Of a stretch of 64,000 nucleotides of DNA, positions 11,377 to 24,262 are shown piece after piece. This DNA is from Hormiphora californensis (taxonomy: Eukaryota; Animalia; Ctenophora). Below the pieces are notes generated by a model, which did not search any database, was not told the origin of the DNA, and saw only the letters and a program-made list of their open reading frames with translations. A program made the translations under genes and the position numbers. Where the stretch lies: assembly GCA_020137815.1 (NCBI GenBank), contig CM035353.1, positions 372,001-436,000 on the forward strand. The letters are read 5' to 3'. Every line of letters begins with the position of its first letter. Within the stretch, counting starts at the first letter, position 1.

Positions 11377-14300
11377 ACAGTGAAATAGAGGGATGTATAT
11401 GAGCAGAAATTAGAGAGAGGTTGTGGACGACTGCATTGAGACAATGAGACATTAACTGTTCGCTAGGAGGGAACAGAAACTGTTATATAATAGTAGATGT
11501 ATATGTAGGGAAATCAAATATTATTTCGTTGTGAAATCAATTATTAGATTGTTTTTGACAATCAAATTTGGACCCGCGGTGTAAGAGAAAGAACAGCTGA
11601 AAGTTGTTTTATTGCATGATCTTTAGTTTATGCGATGATCTTGTATTCAGGAAATAACTGGGCGTGAAATGCGCGTATAATGTGCATACTTCAGTTAAGA
11701 TCATACAATATATGTATATAAGGTACAAGTCTCGAATGATGATGTATATAAATGATATAATACTGAAAATATACTGGTATACGCTACCTATGCTGGTAGT
11801 ATTTATGCTTCCACTCTTAGTCATCCCAAATGAAAGTAATGGCAAAAAGCTAGAGAACAGATCCAATGTCAATCATTAATCACAAAACAGATCGCTATAG
11901 AAAGTATATAATATATTGTTGTGAAATGAATTGCCCTTAACCGCGATAAAGTGTACACATGAAAACGGTTCAAGTGTGGACCACAGTCCACACAATGTGG
12001 GAGATCACTATTATAACTTCTTACCACTTGTTATCGCAAAGAATAGGTATCACTGTATGTGTAATATAAGAATCAACCTATAACCTTTATGTCAACTCTA
12101 TATTCTATGTTATTCAATCTTTAAAACCTCCATTATTTGAATAAAGACCTCAAATATTTATAATCTATACTGAGACTTTATCCTATGTGGGAATAAGACG
12201 CCTGCCCTCCCTTCCTGGGCTACATATAATCATTATATACAAGGATCTGCACCTCTGGCAACATCACATGGAGCTGCATATGGTAATCACTTGTCTCACA
12301 CTGTTAAATTAATGCAGGAGCTTATATACCCTAATGCATTGACATTCAAATACATACCACTAAACTGCTAAAATGCTAATTTACCCCCCAGCCTGCACAC
12401 TACCACATGGTTGGTTTCCAAGACACCTCACACTCTGTTCGCGCGCCGGCAAGGGAGGGGTAACTTCGTTACCAAACCACATGGCCATGATGAATCACTT
12501 TGTTATCCCCACTTACCTTGTGCCCCAACAATTCATACCCCAATAATACACAACTCTCTCACCTCATCAATAATGTTAAGATTGTTGATCGAGGAACACA
12601 TTGATTTCCCGTCCAGATCGTCAGGCATGATCGAAGAGACATCCAAAGAGGTGGCTTTGCTGGGGAATCCTGCGAAGGAAATATTGTGATCTTTCAAAAA
12701 ACAGCTGTCTTAACAATATTATATTGAGGTACAGAAAGATTTGGAAACTTAAGGACACACTGATAAAGTACTGGAAGTACAATTGGAAGTACAATTGGAA
12801 GTACAATTGGATTATTCTTAAACCTTTAGTCAAAAGCAGCTTTTTCCGACTTCCAGATAAAATTTGTTCGACGTTGACGTGAATACCATCAAGATCATAC
12901 ATTTTCAAAACCTAACACAATACAATTGATGTACAACAATTTATAACACGCATAAAATGTTATTACAGAAGGTCCGGTACAAAAATGAAGGGGAAAACAT
13001 AAGAAATTTTAAGACCTATTTTATATTTGTGTGTCGTTGTAGAGCCCATGCTTTTGCAACTTTGCAACTAATTTATAATTCCTGTGGTAATTGCAGTTGG
13101 CACCGTTTCACAGCTGTCTGCACAGCTCCAGTTAATGAGAGAAAGTAGTATGCTGTATGTGAGAGAAAGGTAGGTGTGGACTGTTTCTAAAATATCCAAC
13201 TAACTACATGCTTGAAGAGTGAATTTCTAAGTATCGCTGTCTAATTTTTCTTTTTTTCCCCGCACATCGATCCATAAATTCTTGGAAATAATTTGAAGGT
13301 TTATAATTGTACCCATAAATAGTCAAGTCAGAATTCAATTTTATTTTTATTCAAAAAAATTAAGTATGCAAGTTGCATAACTGGAAATACCCTTTCGTTC
13401 TTAGAATCCCGTTGCATTGCAACGGGATTCTAAGAACGAAAGGGTATTTCCAGTTAGCGTCGTTTATGCGGCCACGACACGTTGTGTGATATGATCATGG
13501 AGCGATAGTCATCATCATCATGTGAGAACACAGTCAGGAAAGAGAGAGGCCTCTCTTTCTTACATAGTACAATGATATAGCAGGTTCGATACGTACCATT
13601 GCTAGTTTCGTCGACGAAGCTGTTTTGGTAGATCAATCCTCGTCGGTTTTTAGTCATCTAAAATAAATATAAGGGTTTGAGTTGTATATCGAACATAACA
13701 TGTATATTTTTGGCAGAATGTGCTTCCAAGCTAATAAAGAATAGCTGCTGCTGTCAACATTAAAAAATATACTTAAAGTAGGGTTAGACAAATGTGGTCG
13801 CCGGCCCCACCAACAAATTTGCTTGTAGTGGGAAAACGGTAATGAAAAACCGTTTTGGTCTGAAAAACGGTAAGGAGACATGCAAGGGTGGCCAATCAAC
13901 GTGCTAAGACGAGCTGAACAAATTAAACTTTTTGACAAAAGCACTCGCCTGTGTTACGCAAAGTCAGTAGTATAGTGTGCACAGTTGGGACCCCTTTTTC
14001 GCCCTAACTGAGGCACCATTTTGTATGTGCATGTCACGTGACTTCTGATTACCAAAATTATGCGGCGCTGGCAAGAGTTGTTCACTAGAATATCGGGAGC
14101 GCCGGCAAGGGCCTTGGAATTTATTTTGGCGCTGACAAGGGCCCACATTCGCGATTGGGATTTCTGTATGATGTCAACTTTTGTTTGTGATTTCTGTGTG
14201 ATCTCATCCCTATCACATTACACGCCTGCATACTATATATTCCTTTCTCTCTTTTTTCTCGTGCCAGGTGTTCTGATACAAATAATAAATATGTTCCTCT

Positions 14301-14610
14301 AATGTTCTTTTATTATTCTTACCGTTCTTTTGGTATTCCAGTGACTTTTCATTAGAAAGAAACGAGCCGGGAACAGTGAAAATTACAAAAGAATAGCATC
14401 GGAACGGTTTTTTTGTTAGATAAGAAAAGTTGGAAAATACAAAAGAACAGTGGAAATTAGAACGGAACAACAGCGGAACGACGGCGGAACAGTAATATGT
14501 TGCAAAATGTTTCGTAAACGAAAACATAACAACTTTGTGTCTAGAAACAAATTAAGAGACAGGTTTTTCTCGAGAAAAATTAATGAATAAATAAAATGCT
14601 AGCAGTTATA

Positions 14611-15048
14611 TCAAAATTGAATCTTCATTATATCAAATCTAATGCAGACCACAGCTTCGACTTTCCATGCTGTAGATGGGCGTGAACTCCTTGCTATTTC
14701 TAGCAGATCTTCCCGTTCTATATTTTCTTTTACTTTTTTAACGTCTTCTCGCCCAGAAATTAATTGAGCAGTCTCAAAAACCATTGTGTTATTAGAAGGG
14801 TGATAAAATTTGACTTCACCAGTAAGTTTGTTTGTCATAACAAATCCGAATGCGACATTCAGTTTTATATCATTCTGATAGTTTTCCAAGACTTTATCTA
14901 GTTTACCAAAAATTCCATCAGTGGGTGACAGTGGAAAATGATAAATATCTTTTAGTTTGCCTTTTGTAGTACGCTGACGGATAGTTGACCAATTTTTCCG
15001 GTACAACTCCCAAAACTTGACGGGCACAGTATCTAGAAACGCGTCCAT
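14611..15048 (-). CDS. 145-aa protein resembling the N-terminal region of Polinton pPolB polyproteins
   Basis: intact ATG-to-stop ORF inside the element; motif KLNVAFGFVMTN..TGEVKFYHPSNN...D.LE.AR..RPST.W recalled from the region upstream of Polinton polymerases (not searched). Confidence 0.6.
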   Translation of the reverse strand: MDAFLDTVPVKFWELYRKNWSTIRQRTTKGKLKDIYHFPLSPTDGIFGKLDKVLENYQNDIKLNVAFGFVMTNKLTGEVKFYHPSNNTMVFETAQLISGREDVKKVKENIEREDLLEIARSSRPSTAWKVEAVVCIRFDIMKIQF

Positions 15049-15432
15049 GATTCTTATGGTAGCAATTATGGTAACACCGGTTTATATAGCCAAAGATATG
15101 TTCTACTTCAATTATCGACGGGTCATAGCACTGTTATTCCCAGTGTTCTTTTGGTATTCCAGTGACTTTTCATGAGAAAGGAACGAGACGGGAACAGTGA
15201 AAACTACAAAAGAACAGCAACGGAATGTTTTTTCGTTAGAAAGGAAAAGTTGGAAAATACAAAAGAACAGTGGATATTAGAACGGAACAACAGCGGAACG
15301 ACAGCGGAACAGTAAAGTATTGTAAACTGTTGCAAAATGTTTGATTCACTGGAACAATAAAACCTACTTTGTTTTTGGTTTGTAAAACAAATAAAAAGAC
15401 CTTTTTTCAACAAAAAAAAGAAATATAATTAA

Positions 15433-16170
15433 CTATACATTTAAACTTTCATTTTCTAAATCTCTTAAAAGCAACAGCGTCTTTTCAACAACTTGGAAAA
15501 TATTTGCAAACTCTTTAGAATATTTAAAAAATAATTTTTTGATATCTTCAACGCTCTTTTTGTCAACTAATTTAATCAATTTTCGTTCTTTTTCATTTAA
15601 TCTCTTTCGCTGAAAAACAACAAGTGGAATTACACCATACTTTAGACCAGTACACAACGTTTTAATAGCTTGTAAAAGTTGGTTACTACGTGAAACCTTG
15701 ACAAATTTCTTTGAAGCAAACAATCGACTGAGTTCTAGAAAGTCAGCAATATTTTTGGAGTTAATTATTGAATCGGAAAACTCGTTAAAGGTACTGTCCT
15801 TAAAATTTGTTATAAACTCATCGAGTTGCTTTTCAAATAACCGAATGCGACTCAAATGTTGTTTTGATTCCGTCAGCTTTGTTTTGTACAAACGTTCAAA
15901 CTTGCGAGCGTGCTGATCTCGCACATGATACAATTCCTTGTAATTTAGTTCAGGTTTTTTCACAACTTTAGTAAGTGTTGGTGAAGGGTTTTCCGAATCT
16001 TTATCGCTGCTATCTGCAGAGGTGTCATCTATTGGATAATCCTCATCTATCTGTAGTTCTTTGGTATCCATACCTTCATTAATCGTAGGCTTTTTGTGAT
16101 AGAGGTCTTTATGTTCAAGGAGTTGATAAATGAAGGGGAACGATTGGTCACACAAGTCACAAGCTACCAT
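15433..16170 (-). CDS. 245-aa C2H2 zinc finger / coiled-coil protein of the mini-Maverick
   Basis: N-terminal CxxC-x12-H-x4-H (CDLC...HKDLYH), acidic linker, helical basic C-terminus; intronless. Confidence 0.7.
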   Translation of the reverse strand: MVACDLCDQSFPFIYQLLEHKDLYHKKPTINEGMDTKELQIDEDYPIDDTSADSSDKDSENPSPTLTKVVKKPELNYKELYHVRDQHARKFERLYKTKLTESKQHLSRIRLFEKQLDEFITNFKDSTFNEFSDSIINSKNIADFLELSRLFASKKFVKVSRSNQLLQAIKTLCTGLKYGVIPLVVFQRKRLNEKERKLIKLVDKKSVEDIKKLFFKYSKEFANIFQVVEKTLLLLRDLENESLNV

Positions 16171-16200
16171 TTGTAAAGAAATGAAGATAGTTGTCCCTTA

Positions 16201-17848
16201 GGGTAGGCGGGGGTAATTCGGGTCACCTTTTTGATTAAAGTGGTATTCCCTTGGTTGTGGCAGAATGTCTGCACATAAAATCCATTCAATTTATCCAATG
16301 TGACACTTGTTAAGATATTTGGACTGTTGAAGTTTTCAAATCCAACCTTTTTCACACATAAAAAAGCCCACGAAATCGTTAGTTTGCGTATTGTTGGTAA
16401 TTCGGGTCAGTGGCTAAATCGGGCCACGCGCGTATTCAGCCAATCACAGCCCTCGCAAACAAACACGTGACCAAATGACCCGAATTACCAACACAGCGTG
16501 TTGCCGCTGAAATCATGCGGTTAATTCGGGTCAAGTGTTTGTAATTCGGGCCAGCTGTTGGTTGGCTGATGGTTGGCTGTTTTAAGGGCCTCTAGGGGCC
16601 TCTAGAGGCCCCCTAGAAGCCCCTTGAGACCCATAAAGGCCCCCTAGAAGCCCCTAGAGGCCCCTAGAGACCCCTAAAGGCCCCTTAAGGCCCCTTAAGG
16701 CCCCCTAGAGGCCCCTAGAGGCCCCTAGAGCCCCCTTGAGACTCATAAAGGCCCCTAGATGCCCCCTAAAGGCCCCCTAGAGGCCCCCAGAGGCCCCTAG
16801 AGCCCCCCTAGAGACCCCTAGAGCCCCCCTAGAGCCCCCCAGAGGCCCCTAAAGGCCCCTTAAGGCCCCCTAGAAGCCCCTAGAGACCCCTAAAGGCCCC
16901 TAAAAGCCCCTAGAGGCCCCCTAGAAGCCCCTTGAGACCGATAAAGGCCCCCTAGAAGCCCCTAGAGGCCCCTAGAGACCCCTAAAGGCCCCTTAAGGCC
17001 CCCTAGAGGCCCCCTAGAAGCCCCTAGAGGCCCCCTAGAAGCCCCTTGAGACCGATAAAGGCCCCCTAGAAGCCCCTAGAGGCCCCTAGAGACCCCTAGA
17101 GAACCCTTGAGACCCCTAAAGGCCCCCTAGAAGCCCCTAGAGGCCCCCTAGAGGCCCCTTGAGACCCCTAAAGGCCCCTTAAGGCCCCTAGAGGCCCCTA
17201 AAGGCCCCTAAAAGCCCCTAGAGGCCCCCTAGAAACCCCTAAAGGCCCCTAAAAGCCCCTAGAGGCCCCCAGAGGCCCCTAGAGAACCCTTGAGACCCCT
17301 AGAGACCCCTTAAGGCCCCCTAGAAGCCCCTAGAGGCCCCTAAAGGCCCCTAAAAGCCCCTAGAGGCCCCCTAGAGGCCCCCTAGAGGCCCCTAGAGGCC
17401 CCCAGAGGCCCCTAGAGAGCCCTTGAGACCCCTAAAGGCCCAAAATCGAGAAGAAAACATAAAATATGGGGCCAGAAATCACTCAAACTTGCTGATTTAT
17501 CGCAAAAATAAGGTGACCCGAATTAGCCGTTTTGCCTGTGACCCGAATTACAAACATGACCCGAATTAGACACACTGTTTTATGACGTCATTTTGGTAAA
17601 TCAATAATGACGTAATTCCTTCAAAAACTTAGCCAATAAGTGCTGAATTATCCCATTGGATAAAATCATATGTTTTCTCCTCGAAAAAATTCCGCAAATT
17701 CACGGGAATACCAATTGAATCCAAAATCGGGAAATGAACGATATTCCGTATTTCAAATTTTCCCGCCAAATCTTGTTACATTAGAATGGCCCGAATTACA
17801 AACAAGTGACCCGAATTACCAACTGACCCGAATTACCCCCTCCTACCC
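16201..17848. mobile_element. TA-TSD MITE (Tc1/pogo-like) nested in the mini-Maverick
   Basis: 25-bp TIR gggtagg(c/a)gggggtaattcgggtca, TA on both sides, subterminal gacccgaatta motifs. Confidence 0.85.
16587..17441. repeat. GC-rich ~10-11-bp minisatellite (aggcccctag variants) inside the nested MITE
   Basis: ~850 bp of degenerate aggccc(c)ctag/agacccctaa units. Confidence 0.95.
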
Positions 17849-17878
17849 TATATACCCATGGCATGACATCGAAAGAAA

Positions 17879-18262
17879 CTAGTTACTGCAGTTAGGACAT
17901 TTATTTTCATAGGTTTCCGGAAACAGCTTGTTCGTAATATTATCAAACATTTCTGGGTTTTGGTTTAGCATTTCACGAATTTCAATTAATGAGTTTGATT
18001 CCTTAATGGCGTCCACAAGAAGTTTCTCGCGATCTGTTAGATCAGCTTTGCTGATATCAGCGTCAATAAGATCGTGCTTGAAAGCAAAGCAGTGTAGCAA
18101 GCATTGGTATGTATTTTCTCGGTCCGAAGATTCGCTATCAGATTGAGATATATCTGAGTCAGATTCTGGATCTGAAATATCACCTAAGCCCATTTTCTTA
18201 GACGACTCGTGACGCGTAATAGATCTTGACATGACTAGAAATGAGCTGCACGCAATAAGCAA
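17879..18262 (-). CDS. small acidic protein of the mini-Maverick
   Basis: open frame on the same strand as the other two ORFs; C-terminus LTDREKLLVDAIKESNSLIEIREML..NPEMFDNI resembles LNEKERKLIKLVDKKSVEDIKKLF..YSKEFANI of the 245-aa ORF; start uncertain. Confidence 0.55.
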   Translation of the reverse strand: MLIACSSFLVMSRSITRHESSKKMGLGDISDPESDSDISQSDSESSDRENTYQCLLHCFAFKHDLIDADISKADLTDREKLLVDAIKESNSLIEIREMLNQNPEMFDNITNKLFPETYENKCPNCSN

Positions 18263-21052
18263 TCTCTTTTATAGTTCCGAACTACCTATTTTACTGTTCT
18301 GGTGCTGTTCCGGTGTTGTTCCAGTGTATCACAAACCGTTCCGTTGTTGTTCTTTTGTAATTTTCACTGTTTCCATTTCGTTCCTTTTTAATGAAAAGTA
18401 ATTGGAACACAAAAGAACACTACGAATGATAAAGTAACGACAAAATCATTTTCAGAACACCTGTGTAAAAATACGTTTCCTAGTTTATGTGTATATACTG
18501 CATGTTTTCGTTTATGAAACATTTTACAATATTTTACTGTTCCGCCGTCGTTCCGCTGTTGTTCCGTTCTAATTTCCACTGTTCTTTTGTATTTTCCAAC
18601 TTTTCTTATCTAACAAAAAACCGTTCCGATGCTGTTCTTTTGTAATTTTCACCGTTCCCGTCTCGTTCCTTTCTGGTGAAAAGTCACTGGAATATCAAAA
18701 GAACGGTAAGAATAACAAAAGAACATTAGAGGAACGCTGGAGTACATTTATTATTTATATCAGAACACCTGGCACGAGAAAAGAGAGAGAAAGTTATATG
18801 CATTGTGCAGGAGTGTAATGTGCATGTGATAGGGGTGAGATCACTAACACACAGAAATTTCAAACAAAAATTGACAACTCCCAATCGTGAATGTGGGCCC
18901 TTGTCAGCGCCAAAATAAATTCCAAGGCCCTTGCCGGCGCTCCCGATATTCTAGTGAACAACTCTTGCCAGCGCCGCATAATTTTGGTAATCAGAAGTCA
19001 CGTGACATGCACATACAAAATGGTGCCTCAGTTAGGGCGAAAAAGGGGTCCCAACTGTGCACACTATACTACTAAAGTCACTATTACGGTATCCGCCATT
19101 ACCGTATCTTTACTACCAACACCACTGAATGGTGTAATTTATCTAACCCCCTTTCTAGTCTCTCTCTATAATAATATAAGGGACTAAGGGAAATCGAAGC
19201 ATATAGGGCTGAGAACGAAGTTAACAAATGTACAACGAGTATGTGACTTAGTATGGGAGGCATACGGCTGAAAATCTAACACATCAGCTTCATCTGGCGC
19301 TAAATAGAAAATGCAGGAATGATAACGGGCTTGTTTTGGGCTGGCGGGCTGCATATACTCACATGAGGATTATGGGCGTGTCTGTTACCGTGAACCCAGT
19401 GGTAAAGGGGGTCCGTTAGTAACACACTCAAATTATGGGTGTCACTCATTGCCCCGGAATGGATAGTCATTTATCCTCAAATATAGAGTTAAAATGTTAT
19501 CAAAGTATCTATTATCAATAAATGGCATAGTATAACATTAGTCAAGAGGTCAACCACGTGAGATCAATACAGGGATCGACACAACCCTGGATAAATCTGT
19601 AAAATGTTCCAGAAAATATTCTACATGTAACTACACATCACGGCCCAGCAATTATAAAGTAGGCTAGAAAATATATAGGAAGGGACATTATAATGTCAAG
19701 TGAATCGTTATATATTCAAATCGAATCTGCTTGCAATGATCTCCCAAACGTTGCCCCTTCGATATTTAACTGGGTGGGTGATTTGTAGGAATCAATATAT
19801 TTCCTTCGGCAGAAATTCGCATGGGGAAGCAGTGTCCCAGTAATATAGCTGTCACTTCATGTCCCCTACTGCATCAAGTGTCAATTCTTGATTCCCCGTA
19901 TCTTGAGCTCTTCCTCCGTTTCGCCCTATTAACTCTCTTGCTCGCACAAAAATAGTATTTGAGTTTTGCTTTGACGTGGTCAATTCAAACTGTCAACAAA
20001 TTCACTTTACCTACAACGAGGGGACAAGCGTGGAATAAATTACAAAATAATATAACTAAATTAGGCAGTATAACTGTTATACCGAGTAGTAAAATATTTT
20101 ATTCCATTACTGGCACAAAGAAATTTCAATGGTTAATAGTTCAACAAAGAAATAATATTATAATGCATTATAAACGTCGAGTTCTTTATCGCGGGATCAA
20201 TTTCACAACGCACGAATTGATATTTACTGCATATATTATACGGGGAAGCATCTGTTTTATCAGGGGCAGTGCGGCAGTGGGGCACAAAATCTTTTTTGAA
20301 TCGCCTCTATTATAGAGTCTATGTACAATGCTATATCATGATCCGAGGAAAAGGTGTTTTTAACTTGACAAGTCGTAATATACGCAAAACAATACGTACA
20401 CTGCAACAAAAAGCATGTAACTCTAAATTAATTATGGTTAACAACCCAGTGAAGCACAACCACACACACACTACGTGTCATGAGTTACAATATTGTAGGA
20501 TACTAAATGGAAAGAAATTTGCAGGAACCGTAAAAATCAGTGTACACACAAAGCTCTATATATGTTACATAGAGAAGGAATCTGGAGGAAATGCAGTGAA
20601 TTCAATGGTAGCTTGTTGAGTAAGGCCGGTACTCAACAAATGATGTGTCAGCAATATATACCCCCTGAACCTATAGACACGTTGCACATGTGCAGTATGA
20701 ATATACTTCCTGAATAGTGCGAATCTATGAGGCATGTCATATGACTATATAGTATGTGACCGTGACGTGTATATTATTAGCATGTCCCAAACTCCTTCAC
20801 TACAACTCCTAGATAAACAACATGTCCCCCGTACTAGTCGGAAAGAAAACTGGGCCCCGAGAGCGATTGCAACACATATTCGGTATTTATGCAGGGAGTA
20901 GCTGGGTAGAACAGCAGGCCGCCGACACAGTGTCCTATTTAATATTACTCTGGGCGCCTGACAAAGTGGGCCACTGAAGAAGGATTATTTACCAGGCAGA
21001 CATTTATTGACTATGATGTTGAAAAGATACCTATAACTTTTCTTCTATCGTA

Positions 21053-21470
21053 TTTTTTCCCCGCCCGGGTGAAGGCCAAAGGCCTTCACCCGGATGCCTT
21101 TTGCAAAAAGGCATAGGGGATTTAGAAATCTAAACGGATATAGTGACTATGTGTAGCAAGTCAGCTCTCTTGTCCCGTTTCAGGTTGCGAGGCGGCGGCG
21201 AGGGGCAACGTGATAGCAACTAGAGCCACGCACACAAAAACAACCTGCTCCTTCATAAACCACTTCATTGACACGTTTTCAGGAAATGTGTGGCGCACAA
21301 TTCCGCAATATGGCGTGCAATTATAAAGTGCTACTAAAACATAAGGATTTGTTCTATACTGTTTGAGTGATGTATAAATCATCCGAAATGTCTGTCCCGC
21401 CTTCATGTAAGAAGTGCAATGTTGGCGGGGAAACATAGCATTATGAAACATAATGCAGTTATTTTTGTTT
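21053..21470 (+). mobile_element. HINE/DINE-1-like Helentron derivative
   Basis: subTIR tttccccgcc/ggcggggaaa, 5' palindromes, 3' hairpin gcattatg-aaa-cataatgc, T-rich ends. Confidence 0.7.
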
Positions 21471-22733
21471 TATTTTAAGCATTTTTCAGAATTTTTGTCG
21501 TCTAGAAATATATACGAAATAGGGGGTCTACTGGTAAAAGTCTTATTAAGACCATTCTAACGCAACCAAAATCAAGTCGCTATCTTTTGAGGAACCGGAA
21601 TCGTGAATTTCGACTTGCCAGACGCAGTGAGTGTGCCTAGTAAAATCCCACGCGATGTCGGTAAGTTGCATTTACCATTTTACCGCTCAGTAACTGTCGG
21701 TATACCGAGACTTACTGAGCGGTAAATGCAACTTACCGACATCGCGTGTTTACTAGGGTAGCTTCGTGCACCCCCCCCCCCCCCCCCTCCGACTAGGCCA
21801 CGGTGAACGACAGGTTTAGAGACTTTTCGTTGGCGCCATTTTGTAGGCAAAGCCAAGTTATGGGGGGTCGACGTCGGACTTTTAAGCTCTATCTTCAACC
21901 GTTTAGCCGTTATTTGGCTTTAACGGTTTTCAAAATGAGCAAAATACGGTATAAAGCCAGATTTTGAACAGTATAGCCATAAAGCCAAAAACGGTTATGC
22001 ACAAACCTAATTATCCAATCATCTAATTACCCAAATGAGAAACTTAATTCCGGCACCTACCCCCACTAATTCGAGGACGCTGATCATTCTAGTGTCCTCG
22101 GTTTTGTCTCTACTCCTTTTCTGATTGGCTATAGCCACGTAGCCAACAAACGGTTATGCACAAACCTAATTATCCAATTATCTAATTAACCAGATGAGAT
22201 AGAGACTTAATTTCGGCACCTACACCCACTAATGCGAGGACGCTGATCACTTTAGTGCCCTCGATTTTATCTCTACTCCTATTTTAAGGGTACTAATGGT
22301 TTTGGCCTCAGGCTGAAAATACAGGTACCACGCCCACCCGGAAATGAGGCCTTAGCACCCCTGAGCAAATATGAGCATTGGTTGTAATCGATAGAGGGGA
22401 CCCTTAGGAGTACGTTTGAGGTGGAAATTCTTTGTATCAAATTTTTCTGTGGTTGAGGCTAAAATTTTAGTTAAATCACCATATTAAGTGGGTTGTATAA
22501 ACCCGGCAAACCCTAATAACCGGGATAATAGGTATTTTCAGGATAGCCCAGAGGACAACCCGGGATATCTAGGCTCGATTATCCGGGCTATCCGGTTTAT
22601 CCTGTTTTATACATGCCCCCTATTATAGTAGTGTAACGTGTCTGTTTCATATTGTGCCATGAGGAGTGACAGTCGGGTGACAGTTTCAGACTGTCCACAT
22701 GTCATAAACGTTATTGAAGTACATTTCCCAACC

Positions 22734-22827
<94 letters not shown>

Positions 22828-22931
22828 CTCTCACTACTCACTAGCACTTTCTTGCTCACTACCTCTACTCTCGGGGACTATATGACTATGTTTCTCTTTC
22901 TCCCTATACGCTTCATTCTATGTAGAAATCG

Positions 22932-23047
<116 letters not shown>

Positions 23048-24067
23048 CAGACTCCACTGACCTACACTATTATTGACGCAATAATCTGAGCCTATATTGA
23101 CCGTTTCTTCTTCTCTTCGCCCCTTCTCCTATATTTTCATGTAGGAACTGTCCTAGAGTATTATCCCCCTCCCCGATGCATCAAGTTATTTAAGTTGTTA
23201 TATGTTGTCTGACTCATAACCCGCCTCAATCATTAGATCAGCTTCCATTCCTCAATAAATGTTGGTTAACTATTAATTTGCCATTTTTCTAACTTTTGAT
23301 TTGCAATGTTTTTTCTTCAATTTATTTGTATTCCCTTGTTCAGGCAATGCCAAGAATATTTGCCAGTAGACTGGGTACTACGGGGCAGGCGTTCAAAATA
23401 TCGTACAACAGGAAGATACTACCTAAACCAGGTACATGATTACTCGTTCGTTACGTTGCATTTCGTTTCACTTTTGCTTGTCTCCGACACCAAAATGGGC
23501 CATTTTCCTCACTAAAATGCAACTTAATTCCGTCTCTAGTTCTCATTTCCATCACACACGACCTCCCAGTTACCACTGAACTGTCTCTCGGGCCTGGCCT
23601 AGTCTCATCACTAAATTACAGCTACACTTTAGTCCAATATGAGCTCTTCCCCTCACTAAAATGCAACTTAAATCCGCCTCAAATACCAATATTCGAGAAT
23701 ATATGATCTCTCACTTCTCAGTCACCAGCGAGCAGTCTCCCAGCAACGCACTGTCCAATATGTTCTTATCAGGCCACCCGATTTGTCTTCTAGAACATCG
23801 TACATTCCAGTAGCGCTACAATCTGTCCTACCCCTTATTTGTGTTTGATCGTTTTTGTTTATCTTTGTCTCTACTGGAAATGGACACACTTCACATCTCA
23901 TCACCAACACGTCACGGTACCCATCACATCCATCAAGGTCGTAAGTTTGTCAGTCCGTTGTTATGTACAGTTGTATCCAAAATATGATCGTGGCCATTGA
24001 GAGATTCTATTCTTATTCTTAGTTAGTATCTTTAGCTAGCACTACTGACAGACCGTACTCACAATGG

Positions 24068-24262
24068 AAAACGTTACCTTGATCCAGACCAAGTCCAAGA
24101 CTTGCTACCTTGTTCCAGAATAAAACATCTCAAGACTACCACAAAGGCAAAACGTTACCTTGTTCCAGACAAAACAAACTCAAGACTCTCAAAGGCAAAT
24201 CGTTACCTTGTTCCAGACCAAACCAAACTCAAGAATCTCTCAAAGGCAAAACGTTACCTGAT
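24068..24262. repeat. degenerate ~45-bp tandem repeat
   Basis: repeated aaaggcaaaacgttaccttgttccagac. Confidence 0.75.

Larger units (their letters stand above)
13966..19073. mobile_element. non-autonomous Maverick/Polinton-type element (5.1 kb)
   Basis: termini AGTAGTATAG.../...CTATACTACT; TIR near-perfect over ~185 bp and recognisable to ~550 bp; 6-bp TSD aaagtc (13960-13965, 19074-19079). AGT-repeat ends with a 6-bp TSD are Polinton hallmarks. Confidence 0.88.

Noticed and set aside
11500-13660. Possible minus-strand multi-exon gene (exon-like segments at 13581-13657, 12563-12672, 11609-11872)
   Set aside because: Plausible splice signals, but no consistent frame or recognisable domain; left uncalled.
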